Source: Ginglymostoma cirratum (taxonomy: Eukaryota). Taken from it: a DNA stretch of 64,000 nucleotides. The DNA lies in NCBI GenBank assembly GCA_024137785.1, contig JAHRHZ010000035.1, positions 27,529,787 to 27,593,786 of the forward strand, in the 5' to 3' direction. The translations under genes were made by a program, and so were the position numbers. This document shows, piece after piece, positions 26,601 to 41,600 of this stretch (the first letter of the stretch is position 1; each line of letters starts with the position of its first letter). Under the pieces are notes generated by a model. It saw only the letters and a program-made list of their open reading frames with translations, did no database searches and had not been told where the DNA came from.

Positions 26601-29600
26601 CTTTTTGTCTAACATTATTAGGATGAATTCAGACAAAACAGGCAACATAGACTATGTAGGTTTTGAAATAAACTACAGGTTTACAACTAAAAATGCAAAA
26701 AGCTGCAAATGCTGGAAAATTGAAACTTAATGATGTAATATTGAAATCAGTACTCAGTAAGTTATGTGGGGATAATAGACGGTTAAACATTTCACGTGCA
26801 CCTGTCATTACAACAGTGGCTAATCTGTTCTCACTGCAAACACTGATTGACCTATTGTGTCATCCCAACGTTTTCTACTTAAAATGTAAGATCACAATCG
26901 TTTGGACATTAATGCTTCTTATTCAGACTTCTGTCACCGTGACCAGCCCACTACAAAACTTACTGTGCACAAGCTTCGAGACGATAAACTGTTTCAACTC
27001 CTGCAGGACGTGTATCTGCATTTAAGGAGCATGATTATTAAATCAGAAGTAAAAGCTGAGTCAACCAAATAACATTTTTAGCATGTAAATAATATGTATT
27101 TTTTAAACACAAGTATTGACAATATATTAGTAGAAGAAAGCACGTTTTTTGAGCACAATAAAACTGAGCATTGAATAGTTATAGCAAAATTTGTATACTT
27201 GAATTGACAATACAAGCAAGCATTTAACAAAATCCCACTTGGTCTTCAAGAAGAGGTAAATGCCTCTCACTTCATTCCTCATTCTCTTAATTGCTTATAC
27301 CTCCTCCCATTCACACTTTCCCACATGATCCCTAATGCTATCTTTCAAGACGTAGCTCTCTGTAGAATTCCAATGTGTGGAAAAATCTAGGTGTTCAAAT
27401 GTACAAGTCACAAAACGTTGGAATGCAGTTACAGCATTTAATCAGGAAGGCAAGTGGTATGCTAGCCATTATTATGACAGGAATTAAACATTAAAAAAGG
27501 ATGTTGTGCTTCAGTTAGACGTAGCATTGGTGGGAACACATTTCAAATACAGTGTGCAGTTTCGATACGTAGGGTGTAAATGAGTTGGTGGAGAATTACT
27601 ACATTGATACCTGACTGGTTAGACAGGTTGGGCACTAAAATAAAACAAAGAACTGTGGATGCTGGAGTTCTGAAACAAAAACAGAAATTACTGATGAAAT
27701 TCAGCACGTCTGGCAGAATCTGAGGGGGGAAAGCAGAGTTAACGTTTCAAATCCAGTTGTTATGAAGACTTACAGGACTCAAAACATTGACCCTGCTTTC
27801 TCCCCATAGAACGTTGCCAGACCTGCTGAATTTCAACAGCAATTTCTGTTTTTGTTTTAGATAGGTTGAGCTTGTTTCCAAGATGGTATAGAGAGGATGT
27901 GTATTCTGGCAGATGTAAGGACTAGGGATGCTGATTTAATATTAGGGGTTATCCTTTTAGGACAGCGATGAGGAGAATTTTTTTCACTCAGAGGGTTGTG
28001 TGACTTTGGAACTCTTTGCCTCTGAAAATGTGGAGGCAGGATCATCAAATTTTTTTTTAAACGGCAAAGGTAGATAGATTCCTGTTAAGCAAGGGAACCA
28101 AAAAATGTTGGGATAGATGGGAATGTGTAATACAGAACACATTGGTCAACATGATTTTATTGAATGGTGGAGCAGGCTTGATGGGCCAAGTGGCCTATTT
28201 CTGCACCTAATTTGTACCTGTGCACACGCTGCACTGTCAAAGCTCAACAGCCCTAAATTCAAATGGTCTTAACCAGTGACTTGCCTAGAAATGTCCAACT
28301 CACCAAATTAACGTAAATGAGATCCAAGGGCTGATATCAGGTGGATCACAGGCTTACTCATACTGTGGCAGGGCTAATTCTATATTCAGTGCATGCAACC
28401 ATTTTACATTTTGCATTGGCAGTATTATTGCTAAAGAATACTAAGCCATTCTCCAGTATTGAAACATTCTTTTATTTAAATATTGCATATATGAAAAGCG
28501 CTTTAAACAAAACAAGATGAATCCTTACAAATATTTTAATACCTACTAAAGTCTCTACATCATAGTATTACTACTGACCTGAAATGACTTTTGTGGCTTC
28601 TATTCTTAGAGAGAAATCACAAGTTTCACTGGGTGCGCTAATGACATAATACACAGTCCTCATCTACATGTAAAACAGAATGCAATCAAACAATGCATTT
28701 TTAAAATATGCAGCCTTATAAATATTGAAATAAATTTGAACCATTTACTTCAGTTAGAAAACCTGCAATGTTGAATGATAACTACCAAAATTTGTTTAAA
28801 AATTGTTCATAGTACAGTTTTCCTTATATTACCCCCATTAGCAATTTTATTCCATTAATCTGATTATGCATGGCAGAAATCAGATATTAGGTATCAGCTT
28901 TGTCATTAATTAGATAACAAGAAAGTGACTGTTTTAATGTCTGATTGCATTCACTAAATCAATCTGAACAGTGTAGTGGCACAAGTGTCACACTTTATGC
29001 CTATGGCACACAAACAACTGGTAAGATCAAAATTATAGAGAATCTCCACCTCTGGGAATTTCCATATTGGAACTTAGGACGAGGATAAAGGCAGCCTTAA
29101 CTGCAATTCCAACCATTGCTGAATTATTCGCAGACTTTGACTAACAGTTCACATGTTAAATCACTGCTTGTTGTTTAATGTGTGGATAGAATAATGGCCA
29201 TGAAAAAGATGGGCAGAATCTTATAGGGGTCTGAGTGACATGGGCTATGGTGAGATTTGTGGCTAAATGAGTTGGGAGAACCGGGGAGGCCTTTCTCAAT
29301 ATTGGAAGCATCTCACTACATCTTTTATGCTTTTGCAAGCAATAAGGTGAGGATCTTGCTAGGCAGTGGTGAGTTGCCAACTGAGTGGGATTAAAGATTG
29401 TTAAATGCTTTACTAATGCTACAACTCATATTATTAATGTTCAGCTTCATCTCCTACCAAATGCGCCAAACAAGCTGGACATTGAGAAATCTTGACATGG
29501 ATATCAGAGGGGTATCTGACACCTTCAGCTCACTGTGACCAGCCTTGTGTTACTCAGCACTACACAGCATGACAGAGCACAAAGCGGGGGCACCAGCAGC

Positions 29601-32600
29601 ATGCACCCCTCATCCATTGGCATCCAACAATTGCCAACCTCTCATGATCATCAAGGTACCTCTCTGATCCATTGGCAGGATGCTCAGGAAGAACAGACTT
29701 GCACTTTAAACAACAGCAATTAATATTGAAAAGTTCTAGCAAGGACAATGTTAACTGACGGATTGGGCCAGGCTGCATTGTAGGGTTGCTTGCTTTCTTT
29801 GTGTTTGTTCACTTAACACCTATCTGCATGCTTGCACCATCCATGCCTTGCCTTGTCTTGCCTTGCCAAATTGCTTAGTGCAGTTATATAACCCACTGGT
29901 ATGATTTGCTGGGCACCAATCCTCGGTGAAGGGAGTAGACCTAATGTGCCAGGTCAATCTCACACTTGCACCTTACGTTAGAAGCTTACATGGCAAACAC
30001 ACTGCATGTGCAGTAGGCCTGCAGCCATGCCTCATTTGAGTCCACAAAGGCATCCTTCATTCATACGGTCCCAGCACAGTAAATTGAAGGCCTCCCAAAT
30101 CAGTCTAGGGAATTGGCCGTGGTCAGGCATTGCTTGAAGTGATCTTGGCAAGGGGTCATTGACTCTGCAGATTGGTAGGTAAATCATGGTCAATCCTGTG
30201 ACACCACATAGGACAGGCTGGGGGGTTAGGGCTGAGAGATAAACAGCTGGTGTCTGGGCACTTCTCATCCAAGGCTGTTCAGTTAGGTCAGTCAGGAGGA
30301 TGAGCCACGATCAGTCCTTTGGGTCCATAAGGGGAAAAAGGAACGGGGCAACAAGGGTAACTGCTGCCAGATGAGGAAGAGTCAAGAATCCACACTTCAG
30401 GATTGGAATTTGCAGGCTGGGGGAAAGACAATGACAGTTGTGAAGTGGGGAGGGGCAACAATATTGGTGAGGAGGGGGTGTGGAAAAATGTGGATGGGAA
30501 TGGGGTCATGCGGTAAGGGCAGTTTGTTCACAGTAAGGAACATGCTGGCTATGAGTACGAGACGCCTGGCAGGGTCACTTCTTATGCGAGGGTGGGGGGT
30601 TGGGGAAAGATGGGCAGGTGCATGATCATGTAGGTGGGGACCCAGGGAGGTATGAAACCCATGGGGTCTACAGGATGGGCTACCAACTGGGGAACTGGAT
30701 ATTCAGGGTCTTACCAGCATGTAGAAGCACAGGCTAGTAGCTACTGGCTGAAGGGGGTTCAGTGTCACCTTCCATTGTGCTGGAAATTGAAAATGTGCAA
30801 TGAGAAAGAAAATGGCTACGATCACTCCAGGAGTGGGCAGGGTAAGTGACTTGACTCGCGTGGTAGAGGGGTGCAGGACCCAATGATGTAAGGATCTTTA
30901 AAGTGAAACAATATTACACACTGACCATGTACTTTACAGGACACAGACCAGTGGGGTCCCCAATCCCTGGCTATCCAAAAGCATTGGCTCCCTGTTTGCT
31001 GTACACCTTCCTGCTCCAGACATTGCTGACCATCTCAATTACATACTTTTGGTCACATAGGGCAGGGAAAGAATAGGACTATTTTAGGACAAGGGGAAAA
31101 GCTACAGGCATTGTTTATCTTGCTTCCACAAGCTGCATTTCCTTGTCACCAATGCCCTTAAATTGCTGGGGCAGGGAAGGTCACTGAACTTCTAAAGCAC
31201 TACTGGCCATTCTTCCTCACCATGGAGACCATAAGACCATAAGATATTGAAGCCTCCCTCCCTTCTTAACAAGGGTGTTACATTTGCCATTTTCCAGTCG
31301 TCTCGGACCTGACTCCCACAATTCCTGAAGCATCACCACCAAAGCCTCCTTCAAAACTCTGGAATGTATCCCATCTCGTCTAGGTGATTTATCTGCCTTC
31401 AGACCTTTCAGCTTCCCCCAGACCTTCTCCTTACTGATGGCTACTACATTCGCCTCTTCCCCTGATGCTCTTGAAGTCCCATTATGTCGCTGGTGTCTTC
31501 CACTGTGCAAATTGATGCAAAGTACCTATTCAGTTCCTGTGCCATTTCTTTTTGCCCCCAATACTACTTCTCCAGCCTTATTTTCCAGCAGTCAAATGCT
31601 CACTCCTGCCTCTCTCTTACTTTTTACATATTTTAAAAAATCCTTGCTTACTCTCATATTTCAGTTTCTCTGCTCCCTTATCATTTTTTTCTAGTTATTG
31701 TCTGGTGGTTTTCAAACGCTTCCAGATCCTCTGGCTTCCCACAAATCCTCACCAGCCTGTACATTTCTTTTAATGCTGTCCCTGACTTCCCTTGTCAGCC
31801 ATGGTTGCCTCATCCTCCCCTTAGCAGGTTTCTTCTTCCTTGGGATGAATTTCTGCTGTGTCTCATGAATTACCCCCAGAAACTCTTGCCATTGCTGCTC
31901 CACCATCTTCCCTGCTTGGATCCCCTTCCAATCAACAGCTCCACCCTCATATCTTTGCAGTTACCTTTATTCAACTGTAATATCATTACATTTGATTCCA
32001 GCTTCTCCCTCTCCAACTACAAGATGAATTCTATCATATTATGGTCACTGGTTCCTACGTGGTTCTTTCACATTCAGCTCCCTAATCAGGCCTGCCTCAT
32101 TATACATTACTAAATCCAGAATTGCCTGTTCCCTAGTGGGCTCTACCACAAGCTGCTCCAAAAAAAATTCTGTGGACATTCCACAAATTCCTTTTCTTGC
32201 AATCCGCTACTAATGTGATTTTTTTCCAGTCCACCTCCATATTGAAGCCCCCAATATTAATGTAATTGTGCCTTTCTTACATGCGTTTTCTATTGCCTGA
32301 TTTATTTTCATCCAGACTACTGCTAGGAGGACAGTACACGACTCCCATCAGGGTCTTTTTTCCTTTGCAGCTCATCAGCTCTCCCCACAAAGATTCTACA
32401 CCTTCCAACTCTATATCTCTTCTTGCGACTGATTTAATTTTATTTCTTATGAACAAGGCAACCCCATCCTCACCTGTATCCTTGGATATTTAGTTCCCAG
32501 CCCAGATCCCCTTGCAGCCACGTCTCTGTGATCCCCACAACTTCATGCCCATGAATTTCAATCTGTACTATAAACTTATTTACTTTGTTTCAAGATGGCA

Positions 32601-35600
32601 CTGATCCAGGTGGTGACCTTGGGACAGGCTGCCAGAATGGTGGCATGGCCTTCTCTGCCTCTTTTGTACCAACATCTCAACCAGGACCATAAGGCCCCTC
32701 TTGGAGAATATATGGAAAAAACTGGTAAGTTGTGAGTTGTTCTAGGAATGCCACTTGGTAATATTGAGATAGAATTAGATGTGAGGGATGCCATCATGGC
32801 CGCTAGATAGCTAATAAGCATTGTTTGGTAAGATACAGCGAGAAATTGTGTTTAGTCTCGTGGTGAGAATCCCTCCATAAAATTCAAAGCAACTTGTACG
32901 TAGTCAATAGAACATAAAATTCAGCCCAATGTTACCCCAGTAGTGTAAATACTGTTTACTTTACCTTCACTCTATCCAACAGAAAAACTTAAAAAGGACA
33001 AAATTTGTAAAAAGAAGAAAACAACTGTAGAATTGATATGTGGACGATGAATCTTAAAATCTAGGTCACATTGGATATGATGGTATATCTTTGTGACATT
33101 GGAGGGGCTGGGAACTGAGGTCCGATCCAGACCAGAAATAAGTGGTCATAAGGCTGGAATGGAATGAAACAGGAGTGAAATGGCAAGTTTTTCCCCAATT
33201 ATTTTCAGAACTCCTTCAATTCTAGTATGACAAAGACTGGAAATGTCAGCTGGGAATTGTGGAAGAAGAAATAAGCCAGTAAAATAGGAACATGGAAGGG
33301 AGCATGTGAATCAAGGGGCTTAAAAGAAGATGAAAGAGAAGCTAAGATAGGTAGATGGGAGAGAATCTTTCTTGGCCTAGTTGGCAAAAATCAGCAGAGA
33401 TACCTGAAAAACAGAAGTTTAAGATGAGAGGGGGGAAAGGATTGAAAAGGGACCTAAGGGGCAACTTTTTCACGCAGAGCTTAGTGTGTGTATGGAATAA
33501 GCTGCTGGAGGAGGTGGCATTGGCATGTGCAATTACAACATTTACAAAGTGTCTGGATGGGGATATGAATATGAAGGGTTTAGAGGAATATGGGCCAATT
33601 GCTGGCAAATGAGACTAAATCTGTTTAGAATATTTGGTTGGCCAAAAGGCTCTGTTTCCGTGCTGTGTAACTCTATGACTCTAAGTGGACATCAGTTATA
33701 ACTTTTGTTAACTTATGCCTGTGTTCTGGTAGCAAATTGAACATTGTGGTGTATTTCCTTGAATGTTGTGTTTTACTTTAATAGAAACTTGATAATTATT
33801 GAGAGTATTGATGAATTATTCCAATTCTGTTTGTTCATGAGCTCATACATCACACAGAGGGTATTGTCATTAATCATTACCCAATAATTAAGTAAATGAA
33901 ACAGTAGCCTTTGAAATCAAAAATGTAGCCCTCAGAAATCAAAAAATCATGGACGCAAGTGGCAACGATGTATTGACAAACAGTGATGTGAAGAGAATCA
34001 ATTCACTCACATACATGCACAAATGTCAGAAGGATCCTTCTGAGAATTTCAGATTACAATAGATTAGGATCAATTATAAACACGGTTATGGTCTTGATTC
34101 CATTATTGATAGAAACCTCCAGTAGCTCCAGATGATCAGAGACATCTGGTGATTGCCAGTCTCTCCAGCAACTGCCAATCATATTAGAACTCCAAATATG
34201 GGATTTCACCATTGCAGACTAGATATGATGAAAGATTTCAATTGTTCCTTGAGTAACTAGGCACCGGAAAAGACAATGGCAGAAACAGCTCTGTCGACCT
34301 TGCAAAGTCCTCCTCACAAACATCTGGGGCGAGTGCTGAAACTAGAGAGCTGTCTCATAGACTTGTCAAACAACAGCCTGACATAGTTATACTCACAGAA
34401 TCATACCTTACAGACAATGTCCCAGACATCACCAACACCATCTCTGGATATGTTCTGTCTCACTGCAGGACAGACCCATCAGAGATGGCAGTACAGTGGT
34501 ACACAGTCAGGAGGGAGTTGCTCTGCGAGTCCTCAACATTGACTCCAGACCCTATGAAGTCTCATGGCTTCAGCTTAAATCTGGGCAAGGAAGCCTCCTG
34601 CTGATTATCATGTACCGGTCTCCCTCAGCTGATGAATCAGTACTCCTCCATGTTGAACAACACTTTGAGGAAGGACTGAGGATGGCAAAGGCACAAAATG
34701 TACTCTGGGTGGGGAATTTCAATGTCCATCACAAAGAGTGGCTTGGCAGCAGTGTTAAAGACCGAGCTGATCGGGTCCTAAAGGACAAAGCTGTTAGACT
34801 GGGTCTGCAGCAGGTGGTGGGGAAACCAACAAGAGGGAAAAAATACTTGATCTTGTCCTTACCAATCTGCCAGCTGCAGACGCATCTGTCCATGACAATA
34901 TTGGTAAGAGCGACCACTGCACAATCCTTGTGGAGACGAAGTCCCGAATAACCTCCACTATGTTGTGTGGCACTATCACTGTGCTAAATGGGACAGTCAT
35001 CGAACAGATCTAGCAACTCAAGATTGGCCACCCATGAGGCACTGTGGGCCATCAACAGCAGCAGAATTATACTCCAGCACAATCTGTAACCTCATGGCCT
35101 GGTATATACCCTACTCAAGCATTACCATCAAGCCAGGGGATCAACCCTGATTCAGTGGAGAGTGCAGGAGGGCATCCCAGGAGCAGCACCAGGCATGCTT
35201 GAAGATGAGGTGTCAACCTGGTGAAGCCACCAAACAGGACTACTTGTACACCAAACAGCATAAGCAGCAAATGATAGACAGAGCTAAGCAATCCCACAAC
35301 CAAGGAACAGATCTAAACTCTGCAATCCTGCCACATCCAGTCGTGAATGGTGGTGGACAATTAAACAACTCACTGGAGGAGGAGGCTCCATAAATATCCC
35401 CATCCTCAATAATGGAAGAGCCCAGCATAAAATATAAGGCTGAAGCTTTCTCAGCAATCTTCAGCCGAATGAATGATCCATTTCGGCCTCCTTCAGTGGT
35501 CCCCAGCATTACAGATCGTAGTCTTCAACCAATTCGATTCACTCCATGTGATATCCAGAAATAGTTGGACACAATAGATACTGCGAAGTCTATGGGCCCT

Positions 35601-38600
35601 GACAACATTCCGGAAATACTACTGAAGACTTGTGCTCTGGAACTTGCCACTCCCCTAGCCAAGCTGTTCCAGTACAGTTACAATTACAGTTACCCAGCAA
35701 TGTGGAAAATTTCCCAAGCAGGATAAATCCAACCTGGCCAATTACCGCCCCATCAGTCTACTCTCGATCATCAGTAAAGTGATGGAAGGTGCATTAACTG
35801 TGCTATCAAGCAGCACCTACTCAGAAATAACCTGCTCAGTGATGCCCAGTTTGAGTTCCACCAAGGCCACTCAGCTCCCAATCTCATTACAGCCTTGGTC
35901 CAAACATGTACAAAAGAACTGAATTCCAGAGGTAAGGTGAGAGTGACAGCCCTTGACATCAAGGCTGCATTTAACTGAGTGTGGCATCAAGGAGTCCTGG
36001 AAAAATTGGAATCATTGCATATCAGGGGGCAAACTCTTCACTGGTTGGAGTCATACCTGACACATAAGAAGATGGTCATGGTTATTGGAGGTCAGTCATC
36101 TCAGCTCCAGGACATCTCTGCAGGAGTTCCTCAGGGTAGTGTCCTAGACCCAAACATCTTCAGCTGCTTCATCAATGACCTTCCCTCCACCATAAGGTCA
36201 GAAGTGGGGATGTTTGCCAATGATTGCACAATGTTCATCACCATTCACGACTCCTCAGATACTGAAGCAATCCATGTCCAAATCAACAAGATCTGGACAA
36301 TATCCAGAGTTGGGTTGACAAGTGGCAAGTAACATTCACGCCACACAAATGCCAGGCTATGATCATCATCTATAAGAGAATGTCCCCTGGCAGTCAACAA
36401 TGTTACCATCACTGAATCCCCTACTATCAACATCCTGAGGGTTATCATTGATCAGAAACTCAACTGGACTCATATGTACAGTGGTTATAAGAGCAGGCCA
36501 GAAGCTGGGAATACTGTGGCAATTAACTCACCTCTTGACTCCTCAAAACCTGTCCACCATCTATAAGGCACAAGTCAGGAGTGTGAAGGAATACTTCTGA
36601 ATTGCCTGGATGAGTGCAGCCCTAACAACACTCAAGAAGCTTGACACCATCCGGAACAAAACAGCTCACTTGACAGGCACTACATCCTCAAGCATCCACT
36701 CTCTCCACCACTGATGCTCTGTAGCAGCAGTGTGTACTATCTACAAGATGCACTGCAGAAATTCACCAAAGATCCTCAGACAGCACCTTCCAAATCCACG
36801 ACCACTTCCATCTAGAAGGACAAGGGCAGCAGATATATGGGCACTCCACCACTTTCAAGTTCCTTTCCAAGCCACTCACCATCCTGACTTAGAAATATAT
36901 TTCTGTTCCTCCACTGTCGCTGGGTCAAAATCCTGGAATTCCCTCCCTAATGGCATTGTTAGTCAACCCACAGCAGGTGGACTACAGCAGTTCAAGAAGG
37001 CAGCTCACCACCACCTTATTGCGGGCAACTAGGGACAGACAATAAATGCTGGCCAGCCAGCAACACCCACATCCCACAAATTAATAATAAAAAAAGCTAA
37101 TTACTCGATGACATTGTATGAGTAGGCCAAGTAATGTACAATCAGGCTACTTTTAATTATTTGCATTCTTATTCTTTACCACTTAATTTTTTTGAACATG
37201 GCAGAATGCAATGACAATTTGTTACTTACATTAACAATGGCTGTGCCAGTTCTGCCAGAGCTTCTTACAACTACATTGTCATTTTTCTCAATCTGCCAAT
37301 AATAGGACAAGAATGAATAAAATACTAACATAGTCCTTACAATGAAAATGGACAAAATAATGAAGCATCCTGCACCCCATGTTCAAAATTATAATTTCAG
37401 TAAATGCAAACCACAACATCTCAATCATAACTTACTTCCAGTGGTCTTGTGAATGCTTTTTCTTCATTTAGTTCAAATTTCTGAATGTGGCCAAGTCTTC
37501 TGTAGTCCACAGTTATTGACATACTAAGTTTAGTTCGCTTCATATTAATAACATATTCTGTGAGACTTTCAAGGGCTGTTACAGTGTCCTGCCATTAAAA
37601 AAAAACCTGTCATTTAGAATTTAGTATAGATATTCCACAAAAACTAAACAACCCTCTGACTCAGAGCTGAAAAGAAGACAAAAAAGTCATAAGGCATAAA
37701 AAGTAATTTTTAAAAAAAGCTACGCATTATAGAGTCGTACAGTAATTTGCAACACAGAAGGCGGCTATTCAGCACATGGAGACTGAAATAACACCACAGA
37801 GGCCGGTATCCCCATTTCTAAGTCACCCTTTATTTACACTTGGAAAGTCCTTGACACCGATCCAGCTCTCTCTAATCTAATGGTGATCTTGCTTTTTGTG
37901 CGCCCTTTTTACAGCCATAACTTTGTATTCCTTTCTCTGTTCAATTACCCTATAATCCTTGTGTGTTATGATCTGTCTGTACTGCAAGGAAAACAAAACT
38001 TTTCACAGTACTTCGGTACATAACAATAATAAATCAGATCAAATCAAAGCAAATCAAATTAGAGCCAGCTGTCAGAGTGAACAACACCTCTGACAGTTCT
38101 GTTTATATCTATCAACCAGGGTTCCCTGGTTGGACCAGATTAACAGCCCTAAATGGGAACTCATTCTACGAGGTCCACCTGGCTGACCTCATTACAATCA
38201 CTACATCCCTCCCCCTCTGAGTCTGAGGACATAGGCTTGTTCCTTTTCTCGTAGATCCTCCGAGGGCATTTTAGCACTGGGTCAGGTTCCTTCAACTCTG
38301 CCCCTTGTACTATGCACAGTAGCTTGCCTCTTGAACCTGGAGTATCACGGAAGAAATTCATTCTCCTCTTTAGGCAACAAAGGTGTCGAGGCAGCGACAT
38401 CCGCTGTGTCCATCTCAAATTCCGAGGTACCACTAACACTTGATACAGAGGGAAAGCTCGGGTTCCAGAAAAGTTGAAAAGGTAGTCAAGAAGCCGGGCA
38501 CATTTTGCACCCACCACATTTGCAAGTTTGCAGTTTTCATATTGCTCAGGACTGTCGCACCTACTTGAGCTTTATACATTGATGGACTTGCGTCGACCCT

Positions 38601-41600
38601 GCCTCTTATCCTTGCAAGCATATTCCCATGGTTCCTACACCGTTCCGTAACACCAACCATCTCTCTTGCTTAGCACAGTCCTATGTCCATCCTTGGCATT
38701 CTTGATGCCGTTTCATGCACATACATTCCCCAACTCCTGGTCCAGGAAGATTAGATTTAACCTGGTGTGGAGCCTTCTCCCTATTAGCAGTCCATAGCTG
38801 GAGCTATGCATGAACGGTGGTCCTATAATCAAATAGCAAACAGGACAGTTTGGAATCTAGTGAAGCTATCGGCTATTTCTTTAAACCTGCCTTCAAAGTT
38901 TGGACTGCTATTTCCATCAGACCATTGGATGATGGATGATACGGAGCTGTCCTTATATGATGAATACCATTCAAGTTTAGGAAATGCTCAAATTCTCTGC
39001 TGGTAAACAATGGCCCATTATCAGTGACCAACACTTATGGGAGTTCGTGTATTGCAAAAGATGCATGCAGTTTTTCTATTGTTGTCCTCATGTTTGATGA
39101 ATGAACTCTATACATGTCCAGCCACTTTGAGTGGGCATCCACAAAGACTGAGAACATTGAGCCCATGAAGGACCCACACAATTGACATGTAACTGAGTCT
39201 AAGGTTTATCTGTCTATTCCCACAAATGTGGGGGAGCTGCCGGTGGTAATATTGTTGGCATGCTGGGCACTGCCTCACCAAAGCAGCTATTTCTGCATCC
39301 AATCCAGGCCACCAGATATAACTTCTTGCCTTTGTGATCCATCAATATTACAAATTTATGCCCATAAAGTATTGGTAGAACTTCCTGTCTCCAAATATGA
39401 CCACGAAGCCTTCTTTCTCTATCTAGACGCATTTATGCTCTGCATTAGCCAAAGTCCTGGGATGGATATGGTATTAGGCATTTCTCTCCATTGGGCCACT
39501 TATGAGCTAACACTACCTTGATGTCATACGGGAAGGCATCGAGTGTCAATACCAGATCTTGTTTGCGATCATAGTGCGCCAACACCTTAGAGGATGATGG
39601 CTATTTCTTCACTTTCCTGCAGGCTATGGTTTGGCTACGCAACCATTTCCAAAGCTGACTCTTTTTTAAAGAGTTGATGCAAAGCTGCCAGCATGGAGGC
39701 CAGGTTACGTATGAACTTTCCATAATAGTTCATCAGCCTATGGAAAGACCTGAGCTCAGGGACTGACATGGGAGCTGGGGCACCTTCGATTGTCCTCACT
39801 TTATCATCTAACAGGTGTAACCTGGTCTTGTCGACTTTGTAGTCCAGGTAGGTCACTTGGGGTGTCTGGAATACACATTCTGCCCTTCTAAAGCATATGC
39901 CTGCCTAGGAGAAACATCTAAGGACTATTTCCAAGTTCTCTAAGTGCTCCTTATTGGTCTTCATCTTGATAAATGATTACCTGGGGTAGACCTTGCAAAA
40001 TTTTCTCCATCATTCTCTGAAAAATTGCATAGGCTGACGACACAGTTTTGAATATGGTACAAACCATCATGGGTATTAATTGTAGCATACTTCTGGGAAT
40101 CCTCATTTAACTGCAAATACAAGTAGGCACGGCTCATGTCCAGCTTTGTGAAGAGCAACAGCTCCCCACTCCAGCCAGCTTTGTGCATAAATCCTCTATG
40201 CTAGGGATTGGGTATTTATCCAGCTGCAAAAGGCGATTTACAATTTGTTTAAAATCCTCACAAAAGTGAACTAATCTGTCAGGCTTCACAATTGGTATGA
40301 CCAGTGCTGCCCATTCTGGAAGTTGGACTGGTTTGATGATTCCTTCGCTTTCCAACCTTTTGATTTCTGCTTCTACTTTTGTTGGCACTGGGTAGGCCTT
40401 GCAGAATTGTGGAATTGCTTCTTGGTCAATATGCAAGGTGGCCTTGCTTCCTCTGATAGTCCCTAGACTTGGCTTAAAAAATTCTGGGTATTTAATTAGC
40501 ACTTCACTCAGGCAGCCATTTTCTAATCAAAAAGTGTGGAGCCAATCGAGGTGAAATTTTCTCAACCAATTTCACCCGATCAAGCTTGGGCCTGAGCCTT
40601 TTAACACAATCAGTGGTAACTGAACCAGCTGTTTCTCATAAGAGACCCAAACCAAAGTTATACCCTGAATCTGTAAAGGATCCCCGGTATAGGTTCTTAG
40701 TCTAGCCAAGGTCTTGTGCAAACTTAAGGGTTGGACTCCAGAGTGAATTTTGTTAAAGACTGGTTCTGCGATCACTGAAGGAGCCACACCAGTATCGATC
40801 TCCATTACAACCGGGTGACTATTTAACCAGACATTCATCTTGTTTGGCTCTGATTTGCATGTTGCTAAGCAACTTAATTGTTCCAAACCAAATCTAGGTG
40901 GACTTCCAGCATGCACTCTCCTGGATACCGGCCTATGGGTTTTCTTACTCAATTTAGATCTAGTGGGACTCTTTTGCTGCCTCGAGACTGCATATTGGCA
41001 GCAACTACAGATGGCTTGCTGCCTGGATCCTGAAGAAATGTTAACCCTTTGGCCAAGGCTGGACTTTATTTTGGGGTTTTGCTGTGGGCTGACCTAGAGT
41101 CCCACTGTTCAGAATTTGTCCTGAGTGGAGCTATGCAATTGCCTTCACTCAAGTGGTGTTACCCAAGCTCAGTTGGAGTCACGAGGGTGTCCACTTCCAT
41201 TGGAATAGCCTGCAACTTAGACATTCCATTTCCTGCATTTTCCAAAGGCAAAACCAGCTGTCGTGCTTGTTTGAGGTGCTTTTGCATGGTTACATCATTA
41301 ATCCCTTATACCAAATGGTCTCTTAGCATCTCATTAGGCATTAAGCCAAAGTTAAATGCTTGTGCTGGTCATATTAACCTAGTCAAAAATCCCAACACGG
41401 ATGTCTCTAGTTCTTGAATTGCCAAGTAAAACTGACGGCATATCAAAGTCAGGGGAAACTTGGTGTCATAATATTCCTTAACTAAATCTGTCAACTCTTG
41501 AAAGGTTTAAGTATCTGGTGCCTCAGGGAAAGTTAGCCTCCTAATAACCGAAAAAGCTACAGATCCACAAGCTGTCAAGAGAATTACTTGTTACTTATCA

